From: a virus
Taxonomy: Duplodnaviria > Caudoviricetes
Strand: one strand, 5' to 3'
Virus record (IMG/VR): IMGVR_UViG_3300037462_000335
Location: 1 to 26,219 of that record
Length of the DNA: 26,219 nucleotides
Shown: piece after piece, positions 26,102-26,219 of the stretch
How the letters are laid out: each line of letters starts with the position of its first letter
How positions within the stretch are numbered: the first letter of the stretch is position 1
The notes under the pieces: generated by a model
Database searches by the model: none
What the model was told of the DNA's origin: nothing
Seen by the model: only the letters and a program-made list of their open reading frames with translations
Program-made: the position numbers and the translations under genes

Positions 26102-26219
26102 GGGGTAATCGCGGGAAGCGAGTCGCCCCCTTCAGCAGGACATGGATCGGGGTGGCTGTTCCCCGATAAGATGAAAATACGGGCTCATGGCGTGGTGCCG
26201 GGCCCAAGCATCTGATGGA
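26102..26219. mobile_element. Unidentified non-terminase segment (end of an IS/transposon or intron-like insertion) interrupting the terminase
   Basis: None of the three minus-strand frames gives GpA-like sequence. Three hairpins occur in 118 nt, and the segment begins GGGGTAATC on the plus strand. Confidence 0.5.

Larger units (their letters stand above)
129..26219 (-). mobile_element. Prophage (siphovirus-like), late operon plus terminal morons; continues beyond the right edge
   Basis: Co-oriented, tightly coupled terminase-portal-capsid-tail-lysis gene order. No sheath gene is seen. Left boundary inferred from the broken host gene. Confidence 0.95.

Noticed and set aside
129-26219. Gene transfer agent (RcGTA-like) cluster
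   Set aside because: The lambda-type portal and GpA terminase, fused protease-capsid, long tape measure, linked lysis cassette and apparent insertion into a host gene all favour a prophage.
26102-26219. Firm call as a group II intron, group I intron or Tn3-family inverted repeat
   Set aside because: No paired domain V with an AGC/CGC triad, no convincing P7, and the first 38 nt do not end in the Tn3-type TAAG. Kept only as an unidentified insertion.

Overview
The window holds the late (morphogenesis and lysis) operon of a lambda-like, long non-contractile-tailed prophage on the minus strand. The high-GC host is probably an alphaproteobacterium (Sphingomonadales-like; my inference). Right to left the genes are: GpA-type terminase large subunit, head-tail adaptor, lambda-family portal, fused HK97-type prohead protease/major capsid, two small accessory genes, head-tail connector, tail terminator, tail tube, G/GT tail chaperones with a -1 frameshift site, a DUF6441-like protein, an antisense membrane moron, tape measure, three tail-tip genes, the lysis cassette, a small+large gene pair with a clan GH-A glycoside hydrolase signature, a glycan-cluster-type SAM methyltransferase and two plus-strand orphan morons. 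Both edges are unusual. At the left, a host NfrB-like glycosyltransferase gene breaks off at about nt 128, which is probably the prophage attachment junction. At the right, the terminase frame is cut by an in-frame stop and a hairpin-rich foreign segment, so its Walker A region is not contiguous. The most interesting hypothesis is a prophage that controls a host surface glycan: it integrates into a phage-receptor glycan synthase gene and carries a glycan hydrolase and a methyltransferase. All family assignments come from motif recognition by eye; no database search was run.
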